Assembly: GCA_035292685.1 (NCBI GenBank)
Contig: DATDPP010000079.1
Coordinates: 170,971-234,970, forward strand
Reading direction: 5' to 3'
DNA: 64,000 nt
From: Acidimicrobiia bacterium
Lineage (GTDB): Bacteria; Actinomycetota; Acidimicrobiia; Spongiisociales; ZC4RG35
Shown piece by piece: positions 46,726-57,363 of the stretch (the first letter of the stretch is position 1; the number at the start of each line of letters is the position of its first letter). A program made the translations under genes and the position numbers. The notes beneath the pieces were generated by a model. That model made no database searches, had not been told where the DNA came from, and saw only the letters and a program-made list of their open reading frames with translations.

Positions 46726-48732
46726 TCAGGCGGTCCCGACGTCTTCGATGCCGATCAGCCGGCGCAACGTGGAGGTGAGGACGCCCTGACGCAAGTCGAA
46801 TTTGTCGAGATAGGCATTGACGCCTACCTCCCAGGCGGCGCGCTTCTCCTCTTGGGTGGCAACACCGGAGACCATGACGATTGGAACTCGAACTTCGGAA
46901 GCCCTCATGGCGCGGACCAGTTCGACGCCATTCGACCGGGGCATCGAGTAATCGACGACCATGGCATCGAAGTCGTCCTCTGCCATCGCCATCACCGCCT
47001 CCCGGGCGCTTCCGGCCACCTCCACCTCGAAGCCGGCGCCGTTCAATGTTGCCGAGAGGAGCTGGCGAACCCCGGCCGAGTCGTCGACGACGAGGATGCG
47101 GGGTCGCCGTCCCACCAGACGGGGACGTCGTCTCGCCAGGATCCCGAGGAAGTTCGGGTCGATAACGACCAGCACCTGCCCCCCACCGAGGAGAGCGGCG
47201 CCGGTGACGTGTCCCGGGCCTTCGAGGATCGGCGCCAGGTGCTTGACCGCCACCCGGCGTCGATCGATCAACTCGCCCACCGTCACCGCAACCAGTCCGA
47301 ACCTGGTGTTCATGATCACCAACTCGGATTCGTCGGTGTCGGCGCCGGTTCCAACAGCAGCCGATAGCGACACGACCGGGATCGCCCCGCTCTCGAAATG
47401 GAGCTCGCGACCCCCATTCGTGGTGTTGATCTCCGCCTTGGAGAGGGGCATGGAAGCCTCGACAGAGGCCTCCGGGAATCCCCAGAACTGGTCCCCAGCT
47501 GAGACGACGACAACATTCTGGAGGACCATCGACATCGGGAGCGTCATCGTCACCGTGGTACCGCGGTCCTTCATCGACTCGATGTGAACCGCGCCGTGGA
47601 CCCGCTCCACCGTGTCCCGAGCCACCGCCAGTCCCTCGCCATTCCCCGAGAAGTCGGTGGTTTCCCTGGTAGTCGAGAAACCCGGTTGGAACAGCAGCGG
47701 GCTCAGATCCGAATAGACGAAGGGGAAACTGTGCTCTTTCGCGATCTCAGCCACCTGGTCCCAATCGATTCCCGCCCCGTCGTCGGACACCGAAACTTCC
47801 ACTCCCTCCTCCACCACCCGGGCTGCAACCCTGACCACACCGGTCGCGGGCTTGCCGGCGGCGATGCGCTCGGATGCGAATTCGATCCCGTGATCTATGG
47901 CATTGACCAACAGATGACGCAACGGCTCGCGCAGCAGGTCGACGATCTGGCGATCGAGCTGCACGTCGTCCCCAAGGATCTCGAATCGAACGTCCTTGCC
48001 CATCCGTCGTCCTAGATAACGCACGAATTGGGGGAAAGTCGCCGCCGCGTCCCGGAAGGAGACATTGGCGAGTGCGACTGCCTGATCCTGGATATCCCCG
48101 ATCGAGGTGCTCAGCTTCTCCAGCTGTTCTCGCCACGAACGGCGGTATACGGAGGGATTCGAGCCCTCGATCGACACCAGAGCCAGGTCCGCCAGGGCGT
48201 CGGTATCCAAGGCAACCTCGACGATCCGGTTGATCAACCGGTACAGATCTCCGGTGTCTACCCGGGTGGCGCCCCCCAGCAACGACTCGGAGACCGAAGA
48301 CAGCAAGCCTCCGAGACTGCCCGGTTCCGGACGCCGGACCGGAGCGATCTTCACCTCATGACGTGACGCTTCGATTCCCCCCACCAGCCGCTCCGTCAGA
48401 TCTGGGAGCTGCCCCCCGGCCTGGTCCGACATCGAGGCCACCAGATGACCGGCCGCACTCTCCATCGCCATCACGATGTCAAAGTCGGGCTCGTGACCCT
48501 CGGAGATGAGCCGCCACATTTCCTCGAGTCGTGCCGCCGCCTCCCGAATCACCTCGTATCCCAGGAGACCGGCGGATCCCTTGATCGTGTGGGCGTCACG
48601 GACCAGATCGGGCACCCAGGCAGGGTCCAATGTGTCATTGGCGAGGGCACGGGCGCCCACGACCAGGCGACCGGCCCTCTGTTCCAGCTCTTCTCGGAAG
48701 ATGCGAGTCAGTTCAGGGGTGTTGAGGTCCAA
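46726..48732 (-). CDS. CheA-like hybrid histidine kinase: Hpt(P1)-dimerisation-HATPase-CheW-like domain with a C-terminal receiver (REC).
   Basis: AHTIKGSAGLLG (Hpt His), NAIDHGIE...DDGAGID (HATPase), a CheW-like segment, then ILVVDDSAGVRQLL...DAMVVDYSMP (REC with Asp). Confidence 0.8.
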   Translation of the reverse strand: MDLNTPELTRIFREELEQRAGRLVVGARALANDTLDPAWVPDLVRDAHTIKGSAGLLGYEVIREAAARLEEMWRLISEGHEPDFDIVMAMESAAGHLVASMSDQAGGQLPDLTERLVGGIEASRHEVKIAPVRRPEPGSLGGLLSSVSESLLGGATRVDTGDLYRLINRIVEVALDTDALADLALVSIEGSNPSVYRRSWREQLEKLSTSIGDIQDQAVALANVSFRDAAATFPQFVRYLGRRMGKDVRFEILGDDVQLDRQIVDLLREPLRHLLVNAIDHGIEFASERIAAGKPATGVVRVAARVVEEGVEVSVSDDGAGIDWDQVAEIAKEHSFPFVYSDLSPLLFQPGFSTTRETTDFSGNGEGLAVARDTVERVHGAVHIESMKDRGTTVTMTLPMSMVLQNVVVVSAGDQFWGFPEASVEASMPLSKAEINTTNGGRELHFESGAIPVVSLSAAVGTGADTDESELVIMNTRFGLVAVTVGELIDRRRVAVKHLAPILEGPGHVTGAALLGGGQVLVVIDPNFLGILARRRPRLVGRRPRILVVDDSAGVRQLLSATLNGAGFEVEVAGSAREAVMAMAEDDFDAMVVDYSMPRSNGVELVRAMRASEVRVPIVMVSGVATQEEKRAAWEVGVNAYLDKFDLRQGVLTSTLRRLIGIEDVGTA

Positions 48733-48808
48733 CTAGATGTTCTTCTGGCCGATATGGCCGTTTATCGGCAGAGCAGTTGGTGCCCTGAATGGGGCCCAAC
48801 ACCGTTTT

Positions 48809-50350
48809 TCACTCCCACTCGATGGTGGCGGGCGGCTTGGACGAGATGTCATATGCGACACGATTGATACCCGGGACTTCATTGATCACCCGGTTTGAGA
48901 TCCGCTCCAGCACCTCGTATGGGAGTCGAGCCCAATCAGCTGTCATCGCATCATCCGAGGTGACGGCGCGGACGATCAGTGGATAGGCATAGGTACGCCC
49001 ATCACCTTGAACTCCGACGGTCTTGACCACAGGCAACACGCCAAAGGCCTGCCAGATGTCGCGGTAGAGGCCGGCGCGCCGGATCTCATCGACCACGATC
49101 TCGTCGGCGGACCTGAGCAACTCCAGGCGCTCGCGGGTCACCTCCCCGATCACCCGAACCGCGAGACCCGGCCCGGGGAACGGTTGACGCCAGACGATCT
49201 CCTCGGGAAGCCCGAGCTCCTCGCCAATGGCACGAACCTCGTCTTTGAACAGGTCCCGCAATGGCTCCACCAGCTCGAATCGCATCTCGTCAGGCAGCCC
49301 GCCCACGTTGTGATGGGTCTTGATCGTCGCGGCCGACGAGGAGCCGGATTCGATCACATCCGGGTAGAGAGTGCCCTGCACCAAGAACCGGGCGTCACCG
49401 ACGGATTCGGCGGCCTCCTCGAACACCCGGATGAAAGTCTCCCCGATGATCATCCGCTTCTGCTCAGGGTCGGTCACTCCCACGAGAGCTTCCAGAAAGC
49501 GGTCCTCGGCTTTGACGTGGACCAGGTCAACCGCGAAGTGAGAGCGAAAGGTCCGCTCCACCTGCTCGGCCTCGCCAAGTCGAAGGAGACCATGATCGAC
49601 GAAGATGCAGGTCAGCTGGTCGCCGAGTGCGGAATGAACCAGGGCCGCGGCCACCGCGGAGTCGACTCCTCCGGAGAGCCCGCACACCACCCTCTCCCCA
49701 CCCACCTGTGACTTGATCGCCGCAACCTGTGACTCGATGATCGAGTGTGAGGTCCACGTCGGCGAGGCATGACAAACATCGAATAGAAACCTCTTGAGAA
49801 TCTCGCTTCCCCGGGGCGTGTGAGCCACTTCGGGGTGGAATTGGACGCCGTACAGGCCACGGTCTCGGTCCTCCATCGCGGCGACCCGGGCCCCATCGGT
49901 TCGTGCCACCGCGACGAACCCCTTTGGTGCCACGGTGACCTGGTCCTGATGCGACATCCACACCCCCTGCTGCGCCGGGAGACTGTGAAGCAGGACCGAG
50001 TCGCCGGTGACCTCGAGGCTGGCGTTGCCGTATTCCCCGGTCCCGGTGTTGGCGACCTCGCCCCCGACCAGGTCGGCCAGAAGCTGGTGGCCATAACAGA
50101 TGCCAAGTATCGGGATCCCAAGGTCGAGGATCGAAGGATCCATGCGATAGGCGTCCTCGGCATACACCGATGCCGGCCCCCCGGACATGATGAGCCCGAC
50201 CGGTCGTCTGGCCCGGATCTCAGCGGCCGTGATATCTCTGGACACGACCTCCGAGTAGACATGAGCCTCACGGACCCGGCGGGCGATCAGTTGGGCGTAC
50301 TGGGCGCCGAAGTCGAGGACAAGAACCGTGTCTTCACCGGCCAGTGTCAA
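48809..50350 (-). CDS. guaA: GMP synthase (glutamine-hydrolysing).
   Basis: GATase ICYGHQ plus an ATP-PPase SGGVDSAV motif. Confidence 0.9.
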   Translation of the reverse strand: MTLAGEDTVLVLDFGAQYAQLIARRVREAHVYSEVVSRDITAAEIRARRPVGLIMSGGPASVYAEDAYRMDPSILDLGIPILGICYGHQLLADLVGGEVANTGTGEYGNASLEVTGDSVLLHSLPAQQGVWMSHQDQVTVAPKGFVAVARTDGARVAAMEDRDRGLYGVQFHPEVAHTPRGSEILKRFLFDVCHASPTWTSHSIIESQVAAIKSQVGGERVVCGLSGGVDSAVAAALVHSALGDQLTCIFVDHGLLRLGEAEQVERTFRSHFAVDLVHVKAEDRFLEALVGVTDPEQKRMIIGETFIRVFEEAAESVGDARFLVQGTLYPDVIESGSSSAATIKTHHNVGGLPDEMRFELVEPLRDLFKDEVRAIGEELGLPEEIVWRQPFPGPGLAVRVIGEVTRERLELLRSADEIVVDEIRRAGLYRDIWQAFGVLPVVKTVGVQGDGRTYAYPLIVRAVTSDDAMTADWARLPYEVLERISNRVINEVPGINRVAYDISSKPPATIEWE

Positions 50351-50357
50351 CAGCCAC

Positions 50358-51515
50358 TCATCCCATCCCCACGCTTTGTGATCGTTGCAACGATTTGCCC
50401 TCGGTCTGAAGCGACGGGGCGATCATGACCTCGGCCTTCTGGAACTCTTTCACGTCCGAATAGCCGGTGGTCGCCATAGAGACGGTGAGGGCCCCGAACA
50501 GGTTGAGCCGGCCGTCGTTCTCATGGGCGGGGCCGACCAGGATCTCGGCCAGGGTCCCACGATCACCAACCTCCACCCGAGCACCGCGGGGAAGGGTCGG
50601 ATGAAACGTCGCCATCCCCCAGTGGTAACCCCGGCCCGGAGCCTCCGACGCGGCGGCAAGGGGCGAGCCGATCATGACCGCGTCGGCACCGCAGGCGATC
50701 GCCTTGGCCACGTCGCCACCGGTGCGCATCCCCCCGTCGGCGATGACGTGCACGTAACGACCCGTCTCGTCGAGGTATCGAATCCGGGCGCCTGTGGCGT
50801 CGGCAATGGCCGTGGCCTGGGGTACTCCCACTCCGAGGACGCCCCGGGTGGTGCAGGCCGCGCCCGGGCCCACGCCCACCAACACCCCCACCGCCCCGGT
50901 TCGCATGAGGTGAAGGGCGGTGGAATAGCTGGCGCACCCGCCGACTATCACAGGCAATTCACAGTTGGCGATGTACTCCTTGAGGTTGAGCGGCTCCTCC
51001 CGGCTCGAGACGTGCTCTGCGGACACCACGGTTCCCTGGATCACGAGCACGTCGAGTCCGGCCTTGATCGCGTTTGGAGCCCAAGAGCGGACCCGTTGTG
51101 GCGTCAAGCTGCCAGCAGTTACGACACCGGCCGCCTTGATCTCGGCCACCCTCTGCCCGATCAGATCCGGTTTCACCTGCTCGAGGTAGATCTCCTGCAT
51201 GCGAAGGGTCGACTTCTCCTTGGAGAGCTCGGCGATCTCGTCGAAATAGGGTTGGGGATCCTCGTATCGGGTCCAGAGACCCTCCAGGTTGAGAACTGGA
51301 AGCCCGCCCAGTCGCCCAATGGTCACCGCGGTTGCCGGGCTGATGGCACTGTCCATGGCCGAGCCCATCATCGGAAGCGGGAACTTGAACGCGTCCAGCT
51401 GCCAGGAGATGTCCACATCATCGGGATCGCGGGTCCGTCTGGAGGGAACGATCGCGATGTCGTCAAAACCGAAGGCCTGGCGTCCTGACTTGCCGATACC
51501 GATGTCGATTTCCAT
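50358..51515 (-). CDS. IMP dehydrogenase-family protein lacking CBS domains (GuaB3-like).
   Basis: IMPDH TIM-barrel motifs ([28 protein letters not shown]) without a CBS insert, next to guaA as in actinobacteria. Confidence 0.78.
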   Translation of the reverse strand: MEIDIGIGKSGRQAFGFDDIAIVPSRRTRDPDDVDISWQLDAFKFPLPMMGSAMDSAISPATAVTIGRLGGLPVLNLEGLWTRYEDPQPYFDEIAELSKEKSTLRMQEIYLEQVKPDLIGQRVAEIKAAGVVTAGSLTPQRVRSWAPNAIKAGLDVLVIQGTVVSAEHVSSREEPLNLKEYIANCELPVIVGGCASYSTALHLMRTGAVGVLVGVGPGAACTTRGVLGVGVPQATAIADATGARIRYLDETGRYVHVIADGGMRTGGDVAKAIACGADAVMIGSPLAAASEAPGRGYHWGMATFHPTLPRGARVEVGDRGTLAEILVGPAHENDGRLNLFGALTVSMATTGYSDVKEFQKAEVMIAPSLQTEGKSLQRSQSVGMG

Positions 51516-51592
51516 TTTCGGCCAACCTCCAGCGACGCTTACGTGCAGGGTAACAGTGGGAGAACTGGCCCAGTCAGTAGTCTTGCCCGTCC

Positions 51593-52297
51593 GTGCCGAA
51601 GCCCTGGACTGTCATTGACTTCATCCTGGTTGTCCTGGGTGGTTTCCTCGGGGCGGGCATCTTTGTGGCTCTGAGCCTCCTCTGGGGAGGAGGCGAGCTG
51701 CTACTCGTGCTGGGACTTGCCGGGCAGTACCTGGGCCATCTTGGGGCCCTTTGGCTGCTGTCCAGGACAAAGTCCCATCCCGACCTGGGCTTTTCAATCG
51801 AGGGCGGAGACATCCGCTATCTGGGACTCGGCCTGCTGCTCCAGTTGGCGCTGGCGCTCCTGTTCCTCCCACTGGCGACTTACCTCCTTCCCGATGGCGA
51901 ATCGGTGCAGGAGGTCGGATCTGCCCTCGCCGGCCTGGAATCGACCGCAGCACGTGTTGCCGCCATAGTCGTCGCCGTCGTCGTGGCGCCGGTCACCGAG
52001 GAGTTGACCTTCCGAGGTGTGCTGTTGAAGGCGATGGGCGACCGCAGCCGGCGAACGATCATCGTGGTCACGTCCCTGGTTTTCGCTGCCTTCCACGTCC
52101 TCGGCCTCGATCCCGCACGGTTCGTTCAGGCTGCAGCGGTGGTCCTCCCTCAGCTCTTCATCGTGGGAATGGCCTTGGCCTGGGTAACCCTTCGCACCAA
52201 CCGTCTGGGTCCGGCCATCTTCATGCACTCAGGCTTCAACTTGCTGGCATCGATCGTCTTGCTGGTGCCCTCAGAGTTGTTGGAAACGGGCTCCTGA
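51593..52297 (+). CDS. CPBP (CAAX protease / Abi) family intramembrane metalloprotease.
   Basis: APVTEELTFRG (EExxxR), FAAFH (FxxxH) and FMHSGFN. Confidence 0.7.
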   Translation: MPKPWTVIDFILVVLGGFLGAGIFVALSLLWGGGELLLVLGLAGQYLGHLGALWLLSRTKSHPDLGFSIEGGDIRYLGLGLLLQLALALLFLPLATYLLPDGESVQEVGSALAGLESTAARVAAIVVAVVVAPVTEELTFRGVLLKAMGDRSRRTIIVVTSLVFAAFHVLGLDPARFVQAAAVVLPQLFIVGMALAWVTLRTNRLGPAIFMHSGFNLLASIVLLVPSELLETGS

Positions 52298-52307
52298 CGA
52301 TCCCTAC

Positions 52308-53294
52308 CTAGACCAGACCCGTCTTCTCCCGAATCGTCTTCATCGAATCCTCGGCTCGATCACGGGCGATGGAGGCACTCGTCTCCATCACCTTGCCCAC
52401 CTCCGCATCGCCCAGACCGGCATACGCCTCCTGGATCGGGCGGAGCCCTTCGGCGATCGACTCGCCTACTGCAGTCTTGAACGCTCCGTAGCCGCCAGAG
52501 CCGTATTCGCCGGCGAGATCCTGGATCGAGCGACCGCTGAAGAAGCTGAAGAGCTCGAGGAGGTTGGAGATGCCTGGCTTCTTGTCCCAGTCGTACGCCA
52601 CCTCCGTTCCCGTGTCGGTGACCGCAGACCTGACCTTCTTCAGGATGTCGGTGGGCGTGTCGTTGAGGAGGATCCGCGAACGCGGCGACGCATCGGACTT
52701 GGACATCTTGGCGGTGGGATCGGTCAGCGACATCACCCGAGCCCCGATCTCAGGTGTGATCCGCTCCGGAATCGGGAACTCCTCCCCGAAACGGGTGTTG
52801 AACCGCTCGGCGATGTCCCGAGTCAACTCGAGATGCTGCGCCTGATCATCACCGACGGGGACCGCATGCACCTTGTGTATGAGAATGTCGGCCGCTTGCA
52901 GAACGGGATAGGCCAGGATTCCCAGGTTCTGACCGGACCGATCCGACTTCTCCTTGAATTGGGTCATCCGCTCCAACTGCCCGATCCCGGTGATGGTGCC
53001 CAGTATCCAGGCCAGCTCGACATGCTGGGGCACCTCCGATTGGTAGTAGAGGAGCGAGCGCTTGGGATCGACTCCGGCGGCGAGGATCATCCTGGCCAGG
53101 TCGTGCCGCTCCCTGGCGAGATCGGCTGGGTTGTAGGGAGAGGTCATCGCATGGAGGTCGACAACGCAATAGATGGTCTCGTAGTCGTCCTGCATCTGGA
53201 CCCAGTTGCGGAGGGCTCCCACCAGATTCCCGAGATGAGGCTCGCCGGTGGGTTGCATTCCCGAGAACACCCGTTTTCGATCGGTCACATTCAC
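52308..53294 (-). CDS. trpS: Tryptophan--tRNA ligase.
   Basis: GMQPTGEPHLGN (HIGH-like) and KMSKS (AKMSKSD). Confidence 0.9.
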   Translation of the reverse strand: MNVTDRKRVFSGMQPTGEPHLGNLVGALRNWVQMQDDYETIYCVVDLHAMTSPYNPADLARERHDLARMILAAGVDPKRSLLYYQSEVPQHVELAWILGTITGIGQLERMTQFKEKSDRSGQNLGILAYPVLQAADILIHKVHAVPVGDDQAQHLELTRDIAERFNTRFGEEFPIPERITPEIGARVMSLTDPTAKMSKSDASPRSRILLNDTPTDILKKVRSAVTDTGTEVAYDWDKKPGISNLLELFSFFSGRSIQDLAGEYGSGGYGAFKTAVGESIAEGLRPIQEAYAGLGDAEVGKVMETSASIARDRAEDSMKTIREKTGLV

Positions 53295-53336
53295 CTTTTC
53301 TGGATTGACGGCCGGGGGGCAACGTCGGCCGACACC

Positions 53337-54392
53337 TTAGGTTCGCGAGGCCAGGTAGTCCTCCTGTGACTCGGTCAAACCCCACGAGCCATCGAACCTG
53401 GCGCTCATGACGTCGGCCCCTCGATCCTCATCCTGGAATCGGGTGGCCGAAAGGGCGGTGCCCGACAAATCGGCCTCTCGCAGATCGGCGCCGGCGAAGT
53501 TGGCTCCCTCCAGATCTGACCCCGAGAGATCCGCCCCGCGCAAATTTGCCCCTCGAAGGTCACTCAGGGACAGATTCGCCTCCCTCAGGTCAGCTCCTGC
53601 CAGATCGACCCCCGCCAGGTTGCAATTCTTCAGGTAGAGCTGTTTCAAGTCGCGGGTCTCCGGGGCCCAAGACCTGAGATCCAGGCCAACCATGACCCGG
53701 CCCCGGTATTTCTCGTAGGACGAAGCGGTCAGAAAACGGTGCAACTGATGGGGCTGGATCGAACCGGTGGTGAATCTCTCATCACCGGGAAGAGGGTCGG
53801 CGTTGTTGTGATAATTGGAATTCGCCTCCCACCACCCCGGGCGGTCCTCGGCAAGCACGACGATCCTCCTCAGCCATTTCACCGACTTGTAGAAATAGCG
53901 TCCCCCGGTGAAAACCCGAACCGGGCCGCCGTGTTCGACACTGAGCGGCTCACCGTCGGCCGAATGCACAAGCCAACTGGCCTCCGAGGCAAGCTCGATC
54001 GGAAGAGAAGTGTGATGGTCCCGCTCGGAGTAGGACTCGAAGCTTATGAACGCCGCCTCCCCTCTCACCCCTGCATCCTCTAGCAGACTTTGTAAAGGCA
54101 AGCCCATCCATTTCATGGCGAGTCGGCTCCAGCTCGTGACACAGTGAATGTCCGACACCAGGGTGAAGTTGGCGCGCTCGAGAAAGGCCTCGAGCCCGAG
54201 AGCGAAGGGACGATCCACCAGACCGACGATCTCGAGCGACCATTGTGAGGGGTCGGACAACTCGGCCGAGGGTTGTCTTTCGCCGACAACCGGGAAGCGC
54301 TTGGTCTCGATCTGTCCGGGGGGAAGAGGGGAGCCCGTCACGGCGACAGTGATCGTCGGGCCCGGAACGCTCTCGAGGTCTTGTGGGCTCAT
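53337..54392 (-). CDS. Sulfite-oxidase-family molybdopterin-binding domain fused to C-terminal pentapeptide repeats.
   Basis: N-domain SDIHCVTSWS...GGPVRVFTGGRYFYKSVKWLRRI resembles the YedY/MsrP/SO Moco domain. C-terminus has (A/S)(D/N)L..-type tandem pentapeptides: ANLSLSDLRGANLRGADLSGSDLEGANFAGADLREADLSG. Confidence 0.6.
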   Translation of the reverse strand: MSPQDLESVPGPTITVAVTGSPLPPGQIETKRFPVVGERQPSAELSDPSQWSLEIVGLVDRPFALGLEAFLERANFTLVSDIHCVTSWSRLAMKWMGLPLQSLLEDAGVRGEAAFISFESYSERDHHTSLPIELASEASWLVHSADGEPLSVEHGGPVRVFTGGRYFYKSVKWLRRIVVLAEDRPGWWEANSNYHNNADPLPGDERFTTGSIQPHQLHRFLTASSYEKYRGRVMVGLDLRSWAPETRDLKQLYLKNCNLAGVDLAGADLREANLSLSDLRGANLRGADLSGSDLEGANFAGADLREADLSGTALSATRFQDEDRGADVMSARFDGSWGLTESQEDYLASRT

Positions 54393-55456
54393 CCCGCGAA
54401 GCCCGAGGCGGACTCTTCCGCCACCTCGGGGGCGAGATAGGAAGCGACCACCTTTGCGATATCCACGGAGGCGACGAGGACCGCAGCCCCGTTCTCGGTT
54501 GTCGAGTCCGTGACCGGGATCTCCAGCTGCTGGATCGACCCCTGCCCGAGGCCGCGCATGGTCCAGGCGAGGCCCACTGCATCGATCAGACTGAGGTCGG
54601 CGTCAACGGTGACAAAGGGAGCCAACACCTGAGCCACCGAGGCCACGGACTGTGGGCTGCTGAAATCACCGAGACTGCCCATCATCGTCAGCAGGAACTC
54701 TCGTTGTCGCTCGTTCCGCGTCAGATCGCTGACTCCCGGGATGACCCGCCAACCATCGGCTGTGAGCTCCTGTGTGTGGCGTGATCTGAGCCAGGCCAGG
54801 GTGTCTGCACCAGAGGCCAGAGTGCAGCCGGCGGGCAAATGCAATTGGGCCAACTCGTCTCGGACCGCGCGCTGCAGGCAGATCTCGTAGCCACCGACGG
54901 CGTCCACCGCCTCCTGGAATCCCGCTAGATCAACCAGTGCGAAATGGTCGACGTTCAACCCGATCAGCGACTCGACGGTCACAGTCAGGGCGGTGGGGCC
55001 ATTCATCGATGCTCCGCACCCCTCCAGGGCGTCATTCAGACGGTGCTCGGTGTCCGTGCAGCTGTCCTCGACCCAGAGGTCACGAGGCAGGGAGAGAAGG
55101 GCTGCGCTGCGCTCGTCACCCCTTGGTCGGATCAACACCATCACCACATCGGCGCGATCTCCGGCGAACTCGCCGAATGGCTCGACCTCATCGAGATCAT
55201 CCCTCGAATCGGAGCCCACGAGCAGGAAGACATCCAGGCCGTCGCCTCCACTCGGAGGCACCGTCACGTCCATGACTGGTTCACCGGGCTCGGGCTCGAT
55301 GCCGGGTGTCGCCGCGGGATCGTTCTGCACCGGTCGATCGATGCTCACCCGTCTCACATTGCCCCAGGTGGACGCGGCGAAGACTGCCCCTGCCCCGAGA
55401 AGCACGACGGCGATCAACGCGCCAGTTAACAACAACCGCTTTTTCAGGAGGTCCAC
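54389..55456 (-). CDS. LytR-CpsA-Psr (LCP) family cell-envelope phosphotransferase.
   Basis: N-terminal TM helix, then FLLVGSDSRDD...VMVLIRPRGDERSAALLSLPRDLWV. Confidence 0.8.
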   Translation of the reverse strand: MDLLKKRLLLTGALIAVVLLGAGAVFAASTWGNVRRVSIDRPVQNDPAATPGIEPEPGEPVMDVTVPPSGGDGLDVFLLVGSDSRDDLDEVEPFGEFAGDRADVVMVLIRPRGDERSAALLSLPRDLWVEDSCTDTEHRLNDALEGCGASMNGPTALTVTVESLIGLNVDHFALVDLAGFQEAVDAVGGYEICLQRAVRDELAQLHLPAGCTLASGADTLAWLRSRHTQELTADGWRVIPGVSDLTRNERQREFLLTMMGSLGDFSSPQSVASVAQVLAPFVTVDADLSLIDAVGLAWTMRGLGQGSIQQLEIPVTDSTTENGAAVLVASVDIAKVVASYLAPEVAEESASGFAG

Positions 55457-55519
55457 CCTTGATCAGCCTCGGAGTGAGATCGCATTGTATGTCCCAATTT
55501 CGGGGGACGATTCGCGCGG

Positions 55520-57331
55520 TCAAACTCCTAAGGCGGCGTCCACGCTCGAAGTGATGGGATCCGCCGACATCGGCGCCGAGCGGGCCGTCTCCGTCGGAAC
55601 TATGGGCAGGGTCAGCTCGAACCGCGACCCTCTTCCAGTTTCGACATAGCGGAGGCTCCCGCCCATCAATTCGGCGAGTTGGCGGGACACGGCGAGGCCG
55701 ATTCCCACCGATCCGGGCTGAGTCGGAGACTCGCGGCCCCGGTAATACCTCTCGAAGATGAGCTCCTGCTCCTCGGACGGGACACCTCCACCATCATCCA
55801 CGACCAGGATCTGCGCTTGATTGCCGACGAGCCTGACCAGCACCGCGATTCTCCCTCCCCCGTATTTCACGGCATTTGTGAGCAGGTTGCGGATGATCTG
55901 GCGGCAACGAAGCGCATCGGCCCAGGCCTTCACATTCTCCCCGTCGACGATCAGCTCCTTGCTGCTCGGGTGCGATTCCCGCACCCCGCGCGCGACACTC
56001 TCGACCTCGGCCCGAAGATCGATCATGTCCGGCTTGATCGAGAGATTCCCGGCTTCGGCCCGTGACGCCACCAGGAGGTCCTCGACCAATTCGGCCAGCT
56101 CGCGACTCTGAACCGCAATGATGCCGTTGAGCTCCACCAACTCGTCGGCGCCCAACATCGATCGGCTGCTGGCGATTTCCTCGGCCAGACCCACGATCGC
56201 GGTCAGTGGAGTGCGAATCTCGTGACTGACGGAGGCGAGCAGCCTGTCCTTGGATTCGTTCGACGCCTTCAATTCCTCCTGATCATCCTGACGTCGCCAG
56301 TAGGCGCCGATCATGTGGGAGGCGCGCCACAGCGTCTCCACCTCCGCCTCACTCCAGCTGCGGTCGTCGACGCAAGCCAGAAACCCGATGGAACCCCGGA
56401 AGAGGCCTCCGACGAAGATTGGAACCATCACCTCTGAAGCGATCCCGTCCCGCTCGTAGTCGGCCCTCTCCTTTCCCTGGAGTCGGGCCGTGTGGATGGT
56501 GATAGCCCGGCCTTCGGAGAGAGCCCGGTAGGTGGCTGACGACGAGTCGTATGCACCGCTCTTCCATCCGCCCATCTGCACACTGGCGCTCCGCCTCGCA
56601 TCGGCGATGATCTCCCAATGAGGCAACCCATCGATCTCAACCGTCCTGGCCACATAGGAGTAGTCGGCATCGGTGGCTTCCAAGAGGGCCTTCACCGCCT
56701 CGTAGATGGCAAAGACGTCGGTCTGCACCAACAGCGCCTCGGAACAGGTGGCGATGGCGTGCTGGAGACGGGTGGCCTTGTCATAATGAGCGATGGCCTC
56801 TGACAGCTGATCGAATAGCCGTGATACCAAAGCGGTGGTGAATATCACACCCGCCACCGCGATCACCGAGCGAACCCCGATGACCTCCACACGCTCCTTC
56901 AGCAGGACTCCCATCGTGACGCTCCACAGGGCAATGCTGAGCCCAACCGCGCCGGACCAAGCGAGTCTGCTGCCCGCGCTCAGGGTGCCGGCCAGCACCC
57001 CAAGCATCATCACCAGCCCAAAGGAGGTGGTGAAGTCGAAGGCTGAGATCTCAACCGTGAAGGACGCCTCGAGGATCGAGAGGACGCCGAAGAACCATGT
57101 GGTGCTCAGCACCAGGGTCATGGTGTTGGCCTCTTCTCTCTGGGTCAGCCAGGTGGCCCAGATCGCGAGCACCATGTAGCTGGCCCATCGGATCGGGGCC
57201 AAAGGCGACTTCATGTCCATGCGCACGATCTCGATGATCGCCAGCGCAGGAAAGGTCACGGCAAAAAGCACCGCGACATACCTGTGAAACCGCTGCTGTG
57301 CCTCTGCCGGAGCGCGCGAACTCACCCTCAA
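55520..57331 (-). CDS. Multi-TM sensor histidine kinase with GAF domain.
   Basis: About 6 N-terminal TM helices, a GAF-like middle, VSHEIRTPLTAI (H-box) and NLLTNAVKYG...DDGGGV (HATPase). Confidence 0.75.
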   Translation of the reverse strand: MRVSSRAPAEAQQRFHRYVAVLFAVTFPALAIIEIVRMDMKSPLAPIRWASYMVLAIWATWLTQREEANTMTLVLSTTWFFGVLSILEASFTVEISAFDFTTSFGLVMMLGVLAGTLSAGSRLAWSGAVGLSIALWSVTMGVLLKERVEVIGVRSVIAVAGVIFTTALVSRLFDQLSEAIAHYDKATRLQHAIATCSEALLVQTDVFAIYEAVKALLEATDADYSYVARTVEIDGLPHWEIIADARRSASVQMGGWKSGAYDSSSATYRALSEGRAITIHTARLQGKERADYERDGIASEVMVPIFVGGLFRGSIGFLACVDDRSWSEAEVETLWRASHMIGAYWRRQDDQEELKASNESKDRLLASVSHEIRTPLTAIVGLAEEIASSRSMLGADELVELNGIIAVQSRELAELVEDLLVASRAEAGNLSIKPDMIDLRAEVESVARGVRESHPSSKELIVDGENVKAWADALRCRQIIRNLLTNAVKYGGGRIAVLVRLVGNQAQILVVDDGGGVPSEEQELIFERYYRGRESPTQPGSVGIGLAVSRQLAELMGGSLRYVETGRGSRFELTLPIVPTETARSAPMSADPITSSVDAALGV

Positions 57332-57363
57332 GACATCGGCGTCAATGGTGCCGAAACTTGAAC

